Positions 13,545-25,950 are shown, numbered from the whole stretch's first letter. The stretch is DNA of 60,805 bases, filler included, from Sphacelaria rigidula (GCA_964200075.2; 8 parts of 8 records of this genome joined end to end with filler, not necessarily neighbours in it), one strand, 5' to 3'. Notes: generated from the letters alone by a model not told the origin. Numbers and translations are program-made.

Positions 13545-14860
13545 TCTTCTGTAGGGTACGATTTTTTGTATACCCGGGGTATTTCCCCGGGTATTAACCG
13601 TACCCGACAGTTCTGTGACTTCTGTAAAACTTTCATACCGGTACCTGACAGTTCTGTAATCTCTGTAAGATTTTTCATACCCTTGCCCGATAGTTCTCGG
13701 AGTTCTGTAAGCCCCACGTGCCGTTACCGGGGGCACGGGTACGCTCTTGACAAGATACCCGGCTGCGGGTACGGGTTTCTGTACAACCTTCATACCCTAC
13801 CCGACAGTTTCTGTGAGTTCTGTAAGCCTTTCATACCCTTACCGGACAGTTCTGTGAGTTCTGTACAGGATGTTTACCCGTACCCGGAGCGCGGGTATAC
13901 TGTTGAAGAATTACCCGATTGCCGGGACGGTTTTTCTGTAAGCCTCCCGTACCGTATCCGACAAGCTCTGTAATTTTTGTAGGACTTTCGTCCAGTACCG
14001 GTACCTGACAGTTCTGTGAGCTCCGTACGCCTTCCATATTCCACCCAGAGTTAGGGTATACCGTTGTAGATATACCCGATTGCAGGTACGAACACAGGTA
14101 TACCTTGGGGAGGTGTGTATATAGACTCAATCCAAGCACAACCTTATGACCTAAACAAGTACCCCCATCGATCATCCCACACTATTACTTCATTCAACAT
14201 CACATACCAACAAAAATTCAATGTTGGAAAGTCTTTTAATGTGAAATCTGACGGATACGAGGTACTGCTGAGTGGAGACACGAAACTTGAGCAGCACTGC
14301 TGCAGACCGTCAGAATAAATCACCCCCAGACTCGAGTGGCGGCTCGAGCGGGGGTGGTTCATTTGCACCACCAGAGGATCAAGTAGGAAGACGCACGTCA
14401 TCGACGTTGATGGTTCTGTCGTGGTCATCAAATCCCAGGTAGTATCAACATGCACAGCGGAGAGTATGAGCTGCCACCGGAAGTCAGGGTGGTCGACAAT
14501 TTTGTCGTGTCGAAGGGCTTCCAGAGAGCAGACAGCCGTGAATGCTCCTTTTTGTACTCTCTGGGAGTGTACGTGAAGCCGATTGATATTGACGATCCCG
14601 CGCACATGCACTACTGCAGGTGTTCGTGTAGTCTTCTTCTATCAACCCCGTGAAGCCGGTCAGACTTTCGTGTACTATCACCTGGAGTTCGCCATTGTAG
14701 AGACGTAGGTTTAACCACAGGGGTAATGATAATCCCGAGGTTGTGTTCTGTGGGGTACGGCTTTCTGTAAACCCGGGGCATTTTACACGAGTATTTACCG
14801 CACCTTACAGTTCTGTGACTTCTCTGAGACTTTCATACCGGTACCCGACAGTTTTGTAAA
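13545..14860 (+). mobile_element. Degenerate DNA transposon: TACCCGACAGTTCTGTGAG subterminal array plus a possible hAT/BED-finger transposase remnant (14450-14650)
   Basis: Many imperfect repeat copies at 13545-14170 and 14750-14860; the peptide LPPEVRVVDNFVVSKGFQRADSRECSFLYSLGVYVKPIDIDDPAHMHYCRC resembles a transposase N-terminus (from memory, unverified). Confidence 0.45.
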
Positions 14861-14997
14861 TCTGACTTCCAAGGGAGGGTCGAGTAGAGTATATTCAATA
14901 CTCAGTGTTTTCGAAGAGTCATACTTTTAGTACTCAAAATTTGAGTAGAGTATTTGAGGCCGTACTAAACCTTTAGATTGCTCTGTGCCCAGGGCGT

Positions 14998-15085
14998 GTG
15001 ACGGTTTAAGAGATAACCAACTAGACTACTGACTAGTCAGCGCTGACTGGTCAGTAGTCTAGGTGGTTATCTCTTAAGCCGTCAC
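14998..15085. repeat. 88-bp near-perfect palindrome
   Basis: GTGACGGTTTAAGAGATAACCAACTAGACTACTGACTAGTCAGC|GCTGACTGGTCAGTAGTCTAGGTGGTTATCTCTTAAGCCGTCAC; 3 mismatched pairs, no loop. Confidence 0.92.
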
Positions 15086-15128
15086 GAAAGTTAGTCGGAC
15101 GCACTTTCTTTGAAGAAAAAAGAGGAGA

Positions 15129-15228
15129 NNNNNNNNNNNNNNNNNNNNNNNNNNNNNNNNNNNNNNNNNNNNTTAATTAATTAANNNNNNNNNNNNNNNN
15201 NNNNNNNNNNNNNNNNNNNNNNNNNNNN
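15129..15228. other. Artificial contig linker
   Basis: N44-TTAATTAATTAA-N44. Confidence 0.99.
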
Positions 15229-15703
15229 TGACGCAATCTTGTTATCGGTCGCTGGACCTTCATATCGAGGGGGGCTTCGGGGGTCGACGGGGTGGGCGGC
15301 GGGCTACCTGATGTACCCTATGGTACTCAGACTTTTGGCAAATAGTACCCTGGGAGACAAGTCTGCTGGGGTACAAGGTACTCGAAATACCTGGAAATCC
15401 AGGGTATCTCAGGGTACCATACGCTTGCCTTATCAACTTTGAAAGCTACACTAACGATCCCCCTTGCATTTATTGAAAGAATTTGCGTTGAACGATTCTT
15501 GTGTTCGCTGGTGAAAACAGTTTGTACTCGATTGCTGTTGAAGGATGAAGGCAAGAGGTAGCTCTCCAGATCTTCTGGATATCTTTTGAGGCAGGCTACT
15601 TCTTCGGCATCAACGAGATCTGCCGTATATCGTGTTTTCACCAGAGGTGGACATACATCTACGGCGTATGACTCTACGTAGCACAGCAGGAATAATATCT
15701 ACA

Positions 15704-16054
15704 GTGTGTGCTTTCTTCTCAACTATTCTGGACGCCGGTCTACACCTTTCGGTATATGTGGGTGCACCTGTCGGGGTCAAACAGGAGGAAGGTCAACACA
15801 GGAGTTCTCTTTTTCGTTTGCTTTAAATACTCCTCCCTTCTGCGGTGCTTGCCTTGATTTTTCATCGCGAGAGGTGCTCAGTAGTCCCTTTCCCTCGTCG
15901 ACCGTTAAGTCGACCTTTGTGTACCCACGACATAGTTGCTCTCCACTATTGGGCATGGTGTGGGAAAAAAATCCCATATGGCTTCGAGATTTGAACCCAC
16001 GACCCAGCCGTCAGAAGGTTCCAAGGTTACTAACTGAGCCACCGGGGCGACCGG
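15704..16054 (-). mobile_element. tRNA-derived SINE, copy 5 (full length)
   Basis: Reverse complement starts CCGGTCGCCCCGGTGGCTCAGTTAG, with GGGTTCAAATC B-box. Confidence 0.85.
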
Positions 16055-16220
16055 CTTAGCAGTGTATCACTATTTCATAAACACGATATTGTAGTGATAC
16101 GATATGCACAGGGCGAGAAGGTCGGCGAGCATCACAATACAGTACATGCATGGAGCACGGTCTTGTGCACAACGTCAGAGACAGCTAGCGCAATGGCAAA
16201 TATTTATACGCACCGACGAC

Positions 16221-18864
16221 CTTGTTCTGGCAAGACTGATGAAAAGGGCGGACTCTCGCTGCATTCACCAGGTGAAATTCTCCCAACAAGACGAGCGTGG
16301 CTCCAACCCAAAACGAACAGCACGTGTCAGCCGATTTATTAACGCGACCTTGGAAGCCGCCTTCCTGGGGCACAACGAAGGGTGGCAGGCGGATGGAGAG
16401 GAACAGCAGGTTGGGTACTGCATGATGCGGGTAACGTGCGGTTCCCTTCAACGTCCAGCCTATAGTTTAGAGGGCGTTTGGTATTTTGGATTTCGGCACG
16501 AGTACTCGTATTAGTGCGCGACGTGTCCGCCGTGGCCGTTCCACCGTTGCGCAAGTATACAGACAGCCAAGTGATTGGATGAACACCACAGTAAACTACC
16601 AACAAAGGCTTTCTCCTGCAGAAACCGTATGATGACTGCATCGATCTCGCAGTCGTAGAATTTCATATAAACTTGTGCAGGTGCAGATGATGCCACGAAT
16701 ACGTAGAGATCGGCGAGTGGTCCTACATGTGTGCTCACCTGTCGTTTTACACACCATTCCACAATCCCTTCTCGCCGTTTCGCCGGAAGTGATTTCAGGG
16801 TGCCCAACAGCTCCATTGAAGCTACCGCGCAATACATTGATCCCGCTGAGGGTTGAGCATGCATTTTCAGTTGTTCGGATTAGGTTCGGTGATTGATCAC
16901 AAAGGGCGATCTGCAGTACAGGGTCCTTCGATCGTGTTGCACTGACAAAGTGTCAGCATCAATCACCACCGCCGAGGGGACGGCAAACTGCACGCATTCC
17001 CTCGCAGCTTCATTCCAAGCGACACAAAAGCTTGGAAAGTACTGCAAGTAGTAGTACCTGCAGAGGTACGATGCCGTACGTTGCCGAGCACCGTTTGTGC
17101 TCACCAGAAGACTCTCGTCCTTGCGCCAGCCCAATACCTCCGTCGAAATCCTGCATTCGTAAAGCAAATGGAGTCGACAACCGGGAAATGCGCCAAAAAC
17201 AAAGCAACACAGACAGCGCTTAGTGGTCATGTACAGTGGCCACGAGGTTGTCGATCGAGCAACGCGATAGAGAACCGGAGGTGCAAGCACTCTCTTGCAG
17301 AAGGCCCAGGGCACAGTCTATGGCTCATCACAAATGCAGATAGCAGTTTTAGGGCTACAGACTCGTGTTTGATGAACCATTACTAAACCGTGTAGCTAAG
17401 CTCCATACTCACAAAGCATCGCTCGATATACGACATAGCCGTCACTCGATTAAGTCCACTCCAGTCGCCCAAAATGGCGGACACCGCACATGCGCAGTAC
17501 GTGAAGCGCAGGTCACAAGTTGAATCGTCCAATGAAGCTTGAAAACTTGTAGGCGAGAGTAGCACACGGACGTTCGGCGGGAGAGGAAGTGCTTATGAAA
17601 CTTTCAACGCGCGAAACGTACGTATAGTGGCTAAGACGAGTTTTCCCCGTTACGATCACGGTAGACTTCGCTCACCATACCCGCAAGTGGAAAGTGAGGT
17701 CCAGTTAGCAATCTATTATAGTCCATCCATATGCACAACGGAAACAGTCCCAGAGGTAGAAGATTTCTGCGCCCCACAGGTAAGTCCACTGTGTGCAGGC
17801 AAGGAGATTCAGTCCCACCAATCAGGTCTAGGAGACTTCTGCCACAACAACCAGTTAGGGTTGCTTCTTCACGTCAATAAATCGTGTGGTCCGTGAACTT
17901 CTCGCCTCCGTTTGAGGTGACTTTTCACACTCATCCCTCAAGTATCAAACTGCTATTAATGCTTGAGACTATGGCGAAGATCACCACCACCGCTATGATC
18001 GCCTTCAAGCAGACACCTCGTCCATTCCATTTCTAAGGGCCCAGCTCCCACCTTCCATCTTCCCGCTGGAGTGCTCTAATGGTTCGTACTGTAGCCTCAG
18101 TGTCAATAGAATCCAGATCATCCCCGAGCGTGGCCAGCGTTGCCAGAGCGGCGTAGGTCATGGCGAGGTGCCCCTCGTCTAGGTCCGGTATTTCCCTTTT
18201 TGCAGCCGACTCCTCGTCTCCCGAGCTTGACGTCTTGGAACACAACGCTGCACTTGCATTGCGTACCTGCGACATAACGAACCGACGTAATCGTGATGAT
18301 GTGTTTTTCTCCTGGTTGAAACTGAGTAACTACCAAAAGTACGCCTCCGTGACGTTTTGAAGCGATGAATAGTACAAACTCGTTCCTGCTCACCACCGCA
18401 CACCTTTGGTACAGGCTTCAAGCCGTGATTTGGTCGCCGGTGGAGGGTGCTGCGGTATGCGCTGTATGTCCCGCCGCAAAAGCCGCTTCTCCGCTGCCCC
18501 TCGCCTACCATTTCCAGAATACGAGCGTACACAAGATATAGACACGGTCAGGATATTTCGCATAGGGGACCACTGGGATCAACGCACAGGCAGACCCAGA
18601 CGCAACGTGCACCTTACCTCTGCTTGTATGCGTGCAGGTCTTGTCTTGGAGAGCGGGTGGGTTTGCTACCATGTCACGAGAAGGAGGAGATCATGTCTTA
18701 GCATTCATCACACACGAACCTGCTGGGCTTCCTGGCGTCGTCGAAGTCGTGGAGATCTGTTGTGCAAGCACCCAGGCCCTGGTTGCTTCCATGTGCGCCT
18801 TAGAGCACGTGCTGAGCTTGCCAAGCAGATCTAAACCGACCACACAAAAGTACGCCAAAGTTAC
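16221..18864 (-). CDS. PGGT1B: Geranylgeranyl transferase type-I beta subunit, partial. Exons 18864-18720, optional 18665-18618, 18504-18404, 18266-18052, 17545-17413, 17150-17105, 16845-16739, 16364-16221; first and last exons not found
   Basis: The GT-AG-bounded exons join in frame and give VTLAYFCVVGLDLLG, SGFCGG, GHLAMTYAALATLATLGDDL, LQREDGSF, DLRFTYCACAVSAIL, DFDGGIG, YCAVASMELLG, GGFQGRVNKSADTCCSFWVGATL, all GGTase-I beta motifs in the expected order. Confidence 0.92.
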
Positions 18865-19009
18865 CTGTTTTCGAATAAACCCGTCACGAAGTACCGATTA
18901 GACCCACGCAGCACGGTAGTGTGGGATGTGGGATCATTTTTTGGCGTACTGCTACTCGACGCTTGATGATGTGAGACTTCTACCTCGGCGCTCTACAACA
19001 GCAACTTTG

Positions 19010-19267
19010 CAAGGGTCCGACGAATTAATGATTCGTCCGGAATTAACTTGATTTTAGTGTAATAGATTCGTACCGTACAAATCAATCCTTGGGCTTTGTT
19101 TTCAGCGTTGCAACCCAGGTACGCGCAGCCCAGGCACATGGAATGGCGCAAAAGTTGCGTGGGGACCTGTTTGACCAGCGGTCGACTTTTTTCTCTCTTT
19201 CGAGCAATCAGGCCTAAGAAATCGCGGATTTGGTGATTCGAACTGGCTATGATCCGTCCAAACCGTG
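19010..19267. mobile_element. hAT-type MITE, copy 1
   Basis: Imperfect 15-nt TIR (CAAGGGTCCGACGAA ... TCCGTCCAAACCGTG), perfect 8-bp TSD CAACTTTG at 19002-19009 and 19268-19275. Confidence 0.88.
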
Positions 19268-22200
19268 CAACTTTGCAACTAGAGCGACAACAGATGCAGG
19301 ACCGTTGTCAACCCCTAACCCTTCTAGGGCACGGTCATTAGCAGGCCGCCCGTTGGCCGGGCGTTGGGGGGGCAGGGTGGGGAGGATCGGAATACTTCTC
19401 TCTGCTGGAGAGACAACGTCCATGTAGAAAAGGTCGTATATATGCCGCACGTCATAGGTGTTCGTGCATGAGCCTTTCATCACCACAAGTTGCAGGTAAA
19501 ATGTTGAACAGTACAGTAGCGATGATGGCGCCAACAGTAGTTAGTACATGTTTGTGGTGGTCATGCATGAATGCATCAAGATTTCCACAGAGACAACTGC
19601 CCCTCAGCTGAACGGCGTGACGTATTTGGTGGGGCGGGGGTACGTTGCTGCAGGTGGCCCGTGCGTGTTCGGGTGTTTCGGGTTTGTGCATAAGATGGCC
19701 TGAGCTTACATTCGCACAGAGTTTCCCTCAAAAGCCACCAACCGACCAGGATGAGCGTACGATACACCTAAAAAAACGCACGCGCAAAGAAGAGCAGGGG
19801 TGAGCTTGTCCCCCTCACAGACCACTGCTGCTCAAACAAGGGCTCGCGGCGTTGATAGTCGAGGAAGGGGGACCGACCTCGGTCGGTTGTTACATTCTTA
19901 GCGTCCGGGCGAGGCAACCCCCAGCCTGCCCGCTTAACCGCGATGAACCCAGGCTGCTGGGACCTTCTTGGGCAAAAGCTGAAACTTGATAATCCGACAC
20001 AGCGCCCACCCGGCCTACTAGCCGTCAGCCTATGCCTGTAGTACACAAGGGTGCCTCCCCCCAAAAAAAACAGACCCTACGCCCCTTTTTGGAATCCTGG
20101 AGTTTTTTTTTTGGGGGGGGGGTTACTAAATCCCATGCATGAATGTATTTTTTTTAAATCGTGTTTTAATGAAGCTTTAACTCTTCGCATATCTTCGGAG
20201 CCAAGTAAGGTCAGGTTATATTTATGGGCTTCGGCAATGCATTGCAGATCACACTTCCACGACAAAAACAAGACCAGACAAATACCACAATTATCTGCAA
20301 TGCTTGCTCAATCAAGCTAAACGCACCTATCTGCACCGCCAATTTGCGTCTAATGTGCGTCGCATCTTGTGGTGGCAGATAGGGCTAACAATCATGGGCG
20401 CTTCCTCACCCAAGTCGCCCCAAAACGGCTATTCATTGAGTGTTTCTTAATGTGAAAAAAAAAATCCTACAGTAGTGGGCAGTAGCATAAAAACCGTTAC
20501 CGGCTATTTTGATTGTAGAGCATGACGTCTACAACAAAACACAAAAAATACAGCGTGCAGTACAGTGTACTAAGTGTACAGCATACAGCCACGAGCTGCG
20601 AGAGAGGGAACAGAGACAGAGAACACAGAAGTACAGAGGCATCAGGTATGGTACAGGTGCCAGCCAGTGATGATGCGCCTGGTTTTATCCCTACAACGGT
20701 GCCATACCCTGTGGACAATGACCATTTCATGTGGAGTACACAAAACAAGCCCACATCGCTGAATCTGGGCTTGCGGCTTGCAGCAGCACGCAATGGGCCG
20801 AAAAAAGTCAGTTTCTATTCCGATAGTACGATTTTTTTTTATTTTGGCGTAAGACTGTGATACAATGATGACCAAATGCACTACGAACACACGGCACACG
20901 GCGTGCACTGCCTCGCGGATACACGACAGTGATGTCTGCGAAGCATACTTGATGCATATTTATGCTTGGTGGCCAGCATAAAAGGAGCATAACATCATTT
21001 TTTGTGAGGTGGCATAAAAGCAGAATGGAGCATAATTGCATTATAATTCACCTTTTTTGGAGCATAATCTGGAAAAAACGGGCATAAAAGAGATGACATA
21101 ATCGGCGAAAAGAGGAGCATAAACAGTGTTGCGTCAAAAGAAAAGAAAAAGTCAAATGTACGCCGATTTTCGCATACAAGAAACATTGTATAAACTACCA
21201 GCTTGGATCATCCGCAGAGTAGGTGTAGTTCACACGAGCGAGGTGGCTCAGAGGGACGACCTACGGCCCAACACACGGCATATCTGAAAAGCTATGTTCA
21301 AGACTGGATCGTCGGCACAAGTTGCAGGCTGAAAACGTGATTATGTCTCGCGCTCGGTGGCGTGCATGGTGTTGCTCGGTACGGGTGCCCTGCGGGCTCC
21401 ATTGTACGACGATAGGTGGCGACCACGCTTGGTGTTCCAGCGCACCACCGCGCCCATGGCGTAGTATATGGAGTGTACAATCCGCTTGAAAAAGAAGCAT
21501 CTGATTTACTTTTGTCGCACTGGAGAATGGCACAATCGTTTACATGCATGTCTGGCGGCGCAGCTGATGGATTTGAAATTTGAAAACCTTTTCATGACCA
21601 CTGTATAAAGTGCAGTATAATACGCTGATGCAATGTGCGGTCTACAGATAACAAGCAGTATACCCGTGCCGTAATACAACGTAACCGCATCTCATGTTTA
21701 TTTCAGTACTTTCCTACGGTAAACCACCATTTTTCAGTGCAACTTGGATTGTGGATTTCTCGCCTGTGACTGCGTGTTCCATCATGAAACTTTGCACACA
21801 GGTTGAGCACAACACAGGCAGCATATGCCCAAAGCATCCGCGCGATTGGTTCAGGGAACACCGTAAAACATGGCCCCATACGATTGTGGGGAATGCCGTC
21901 CATACGCTCTCAAATCGGCCATGCAGCTGCCCAGACTTTGCGCACTACAGGTGAACGCATATGTGCACGCGCAGATGCACAAACTTGGACATTTGGCGCG
22001 GCTGGGCGGCCGATGTGGTAGAAAACTGACACTGGTCTGTAGTGCGACCCTTTCTGTATCATGACCATCTGTAGTGTACCGATCGGCACACAGTCTGTAG
22101 AGCTGCGCAGTTTGTGACGCACGACCCTACGCGCGCTGTAGCCGCTGCGAGGCGCTGAAACTGTCCTCATATGTGTATAAACCACAGTCAAGAGTTCCAC

Positions 22201-22741
22201 GTCGCTATATCTGGTTTTGTGGGCTGCAGGAGTGCGCACTAGAGGGAAAAGTGGTCAGATTCTGTTCCGTTTTTTTTTCTTTTGGCGCAACACTGCAAAG
22301 GACTCAGGCCTAGGTACATAGGGTCTCGGAGTTATTTTTTTGGGCACCCTTGGCCTACACGTTAGTTTCTTTTCAAAACCTGGCGGGACTGTCAGAGGCC
22401 GGATTCTTGGGGCAATTTGCTCCGGGCGCGAAAAGGGTATTCATACAGTGTAAGCAGCATATCGCCGGGTTGTGCCTTTTACCGCTTGTACACACACCAG
22501 TTGACTTGTTTACATTCCGACCCCTCCCAATTTATACAGTAGGTTGGTTCGAGGTGTACCATTGATCGGGTTGCCAAACATGGGCTGAAGAATTTCCATC
22601 TTCCTCGCTGGGTGAAGAAGTGGTACACAAGGTGAAACTTGACATTATGGTTATCAGTACGAGCTGGGCCAGTCAGAAACGGATTAAACCTGGCAGAGCA
22701 ATATCTCATCACCGGAAACTAATTGGGTCGTGGTCCGCATA

Positions 22742-22841
22742 NNNNNNNNNNNNNNNNNNNNNNNNNNNNNNNNNNNNNNNNNNNNTTAATTAATTAANNN
22801 NNNNNNNNNNNNNNNNNNNNNNNNNNNNNNNNNNNNNNNNN
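22742..22841. other. Artificial contig linker
   Basis: N44-TTAATTAATTAA-N44. Confidence 0.99.
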
Positions 22842-24829
22842 CGGCCGGCCCTCCTTCGATCTTGTCATCCCTCGCTCCGTCGAGCGTCGAGATCGCTTGG
22901 AGCTCCCTGCTCGCTCTCCCGGCTAAGTCTTCGACCTCGAGGTGTGCACTGTGGTTGGCTGGGCTGTCAGCCTGGTGTTGTTGTGTTGCTTGGTCTTTTT
23001 CGCTTTCGACGACGCCACTTCACCGCGCGCCTCCGGACTCTTGATACTCGATGCCATCTACTCTTCCCTGTATTACAGTTTGTGTAGACTGTACGTCTCT
23101 GACAAGATCGGGCAGTGTGCTGAACTGACCACTGAACAGACTCATCATGTTCTCAATTTGATTCGTCGGCCCGTCTAAACTTCTTCAGAAGACGGAGCGC
23201 TACCATCGTTCCAAGCCATACTTGCCCAATCGATTGATCACCAGTGTATTCCTTGGCTCAGGCACAGGGTAATGGTCTTGAATCTTTCATTGGAGAGCAC
23301 CCAAGTTCTACTGTAACTTGGGAGAGTGCTGATGAGATGGAGGGTAGCTGAAAGGAGAGAGTAGGCACGGGGGGCAGGCTGCTCCTCCGCTCTCAGCTGT
23401 ACTATACCACATTTGCACACACTTGACTGTCGGTACTCGTACGTCACCCCAATCCCCGGTTCTACGTAGATGCAGCATTACTGGGTATCTGTATCACCTA
23501 AACACGGCGAGTCGCATGAAGGGTGGGCTAAATCCTGCTTAAGATTGTTCGACCCGAAGCCTACTGATTATCTTGCATTTAAATGACAGTCTACAATGAG
23601 TTGCTTTATTTTCTGGTGTCGCCACTTCCACAGACAGCCACGGCTTATAGACTGCTTCATGGATGTCTCACCATTTGAACACCATGTAGTAGAATCATCC
23701 CCATTGTGCGGAGTTGAGGTTCTCCCACGCCGCACAACATGATTTAGCTGGACTACCATCATGGTTATCGCAAAAAAACGCAAGAGCTCGAAATAAATCG
23801 GTTAGTTGGTTGCCTAGCTTACGCAGTGAGTGGCGTGTTTCACGGTGACGTTGCCAACCGACACCAACCCCATTGAGGGTCCAGTGGGCGGTGGGGTGGT
23901 TTTTAGGTGGAGGGAAGGCTACTAACAGAGCAGCGGGGGCTCACCAAGTCAACCGTGTGTGTTCAGAATGTCCCCGTTGAAGATTCTAAGCCAGAAACGT
24001 GCCCGGAATGGCGCGGAATGACCATTCTGATCAATCACGGAATGAGCACGTAGTTCCCCTACACGTAGACTACTTCGCAGTCTAGCGGTCTCTCATTTTG
24101 ATCATGTTGATTCCATCATACAGTAGATTGCATTGGCACACATGGCGTGTTTTAACCTCCGCTTGAGGTCTGTGCCGCCTGTCCGATGCCTTATGTGCTG
24201 CCAGGACAGCTTCATAGCCTGTAGTGTTGTGAAACATTGAGATGCATCGGCAGCATGCAGTAGTTGTGTTCAGTGGAGAGCGATGACGCGCTGACTGTTT
24301 CTTGACATTGTATGTGGCGAAGGGAAGATATATTGCACTCGTACTGACTCTACACGCTATTGACTGCATTGTCAAAAACGATCAGGGATGCTCCGCAACG
24401 ATTTTTTTATGTAGGTGCCCAGCATCCACATGATGATGAAAAAAGGCGTTTCCTGCAGAGAGAAAAGAGCTGCTCTGGACCCCAAATGTGACATAGTCCA
24501 TCTCAAGTCCACCCGTGAGGGGGTCGCTGTCTAAGAGTTGAGATACTGTAGGTGCTTGACTTGTCGTCAGCAGTTGCGTGTTTCAGCGCCTAGCATAGAT
24601 TTTCGCATGTCTAACCAAGTGCCTCACTCGTGTGCCCCACTCTCCCATGGGGAGGTGAATCCCAGTGTATGGCTGAGAAACCGGTATACTCACAACGTAT
24701 ATAGCGGCCACCGACTACGAGGGAAAGCAACCGGTGGCAGTCCACACCGCTGACAAGTATTCCGTGCCGATTCAAAAATGTTCCGTCAAGGTACTCGTCT
24801 GCCCGTTCTGTCCCCTTCGCTCGGCACAG

Positions 24830-24901
24830 GTGATATCCCCGAAGAGCTGGGACAGCTTACCGCTTTGACACATCTGTGGCTGAAGGACAACCGGCTGACA
24901 G
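24830..24901 (+). CDS. Single 72-nt leucine-rich-repeat exon (24-aa plant-type LRR), internal exon of an LRR/ROCO-like gene
   Basis: cacAG|GT GAT ATC CCC...CTG ACA G|GTGAGC encodes GDIPEELGQLTALTHLWLKDNRLT; phase 1-1. Confidence 0.85.
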
Positions 24902-25389
24902 GTGAGCTGCTTTGTAACGTTTCTAACGAGACTATTGAGTTTGGCCGGAAGCTAGGACCGCAGTCTGGTTGTTTTTTGTCGTGGGAATCAGTGTCTCGCT
25001 TAGTGCGACGCGTTGTACCACGCGCCAGGCCAGATAATATGCTGTTTCACTTCGGGTATTGGTGCGGTGTTCGTGCTTCTTGTCAGGACCCGACGTCGTG
25101 CGGTGGGCTGGGCCGGCCAGGCTTCGTTTACTCTGTCCGGCAAGGCTGGGTAGTAGTGTCTCCCATTTCATCTTTCTGCTTAGGGACATCATCCCTCTGG
25201 TATGACGCAAATTTCGGAGGACCATGCTCCTTCGTCCTTCGGCGAGCAGCTTTCGTTCTCTTTGCCGACTGAAACCGTTCGGCGCGTTCCCATTAATATC
25301 CTCAGTAGTTGAATACTAGCAAAAGCTTTCGAAGTCCTACCTACGCTATATGTGCCGGACGGAAAACATATGTGCCGATATTTGATCAA

Positions 25390-25950
25390 ACCCGTAGCCC
25401 CCCGAAACCGCAGTTTCAGTTTTCTCGCCGTGTCCATCAGGCCATGCAGACATGTTTCCATCCCTATCCCCTGTCTCGAGCCTTCGTATATCTTCAGTTG
25501 TTCTTCCTCGTCTACTTCACGTCTGAGCCTTCCTTTTAGCCCTGTGTCTATCATGTCTCTTGTACCCCGCACCTTAATCTATGGACAGTACTTCGTGTTG
25601 GTGTCCCCCCATCTATTTCCATGCGTTCTCGGCTTCTCCATCCAACCGTATCCCAGCCTGCCCGTTCGTTACTTTCTTCCATACAGCCCTATTAACTATG
25701 GCTGGCAACCTTTTCTTTACAGGTTTTTGAAGCTATTTTGCCTGTTCAATTTACTCATTCTCTGTTTCAAGTGGGTACATTCCCAACTCTTCTCTTAATG
25801 CTGTATTGCTCGTCGTTTTCGAGCGCCCAAGTGTATTCTTCGCTGCTGTAATCTGTACTCTTTCTAACTTCTCCACCAACTTACGTTCCCCTCCCATACT
25901 TCTCGTGCATATTCCAGCCTTGGTACAATCAAGATGTAGGAGTGGGAATT
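25390..25950 (-). pseudogene. Degenerate non-LTR retrotransposon ORF2 C-terminal remnant
   Basis: Stop-interrupted peptide ...LRREVDEEEQLKIYEGSRQGIGMETCLHGLMDTARKLKLRFR resembles the post-RT region of LINEs (recognised from memory). Confidence 0.55.

Noticed and set aside
13545..14170. Possible repeat-spacer array (GACAGTTCTGTGAG)
   Set aside because: Irregular spacing and the intervening DNA is itself repetitive; fits transposon subterminal repeats
19706..19767. Candidate first exon of PGGT1B (ttttAG...GTAAGC)
   Set aside because: No frame resembles the GGTase-I beta N-terminus and the phase does not clearly fit
22842..23070. Minus-strand coding-like segment at the contig start
   Set aside because: In-frame stop after the candidate acceptor, and no recognisable homology
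23250..23351. Second LRR-gene exon, because its acceptor resembles that at 24829
   Set aside because: Similarity is only ~17 nt and the downstream frames have no LRR pattern
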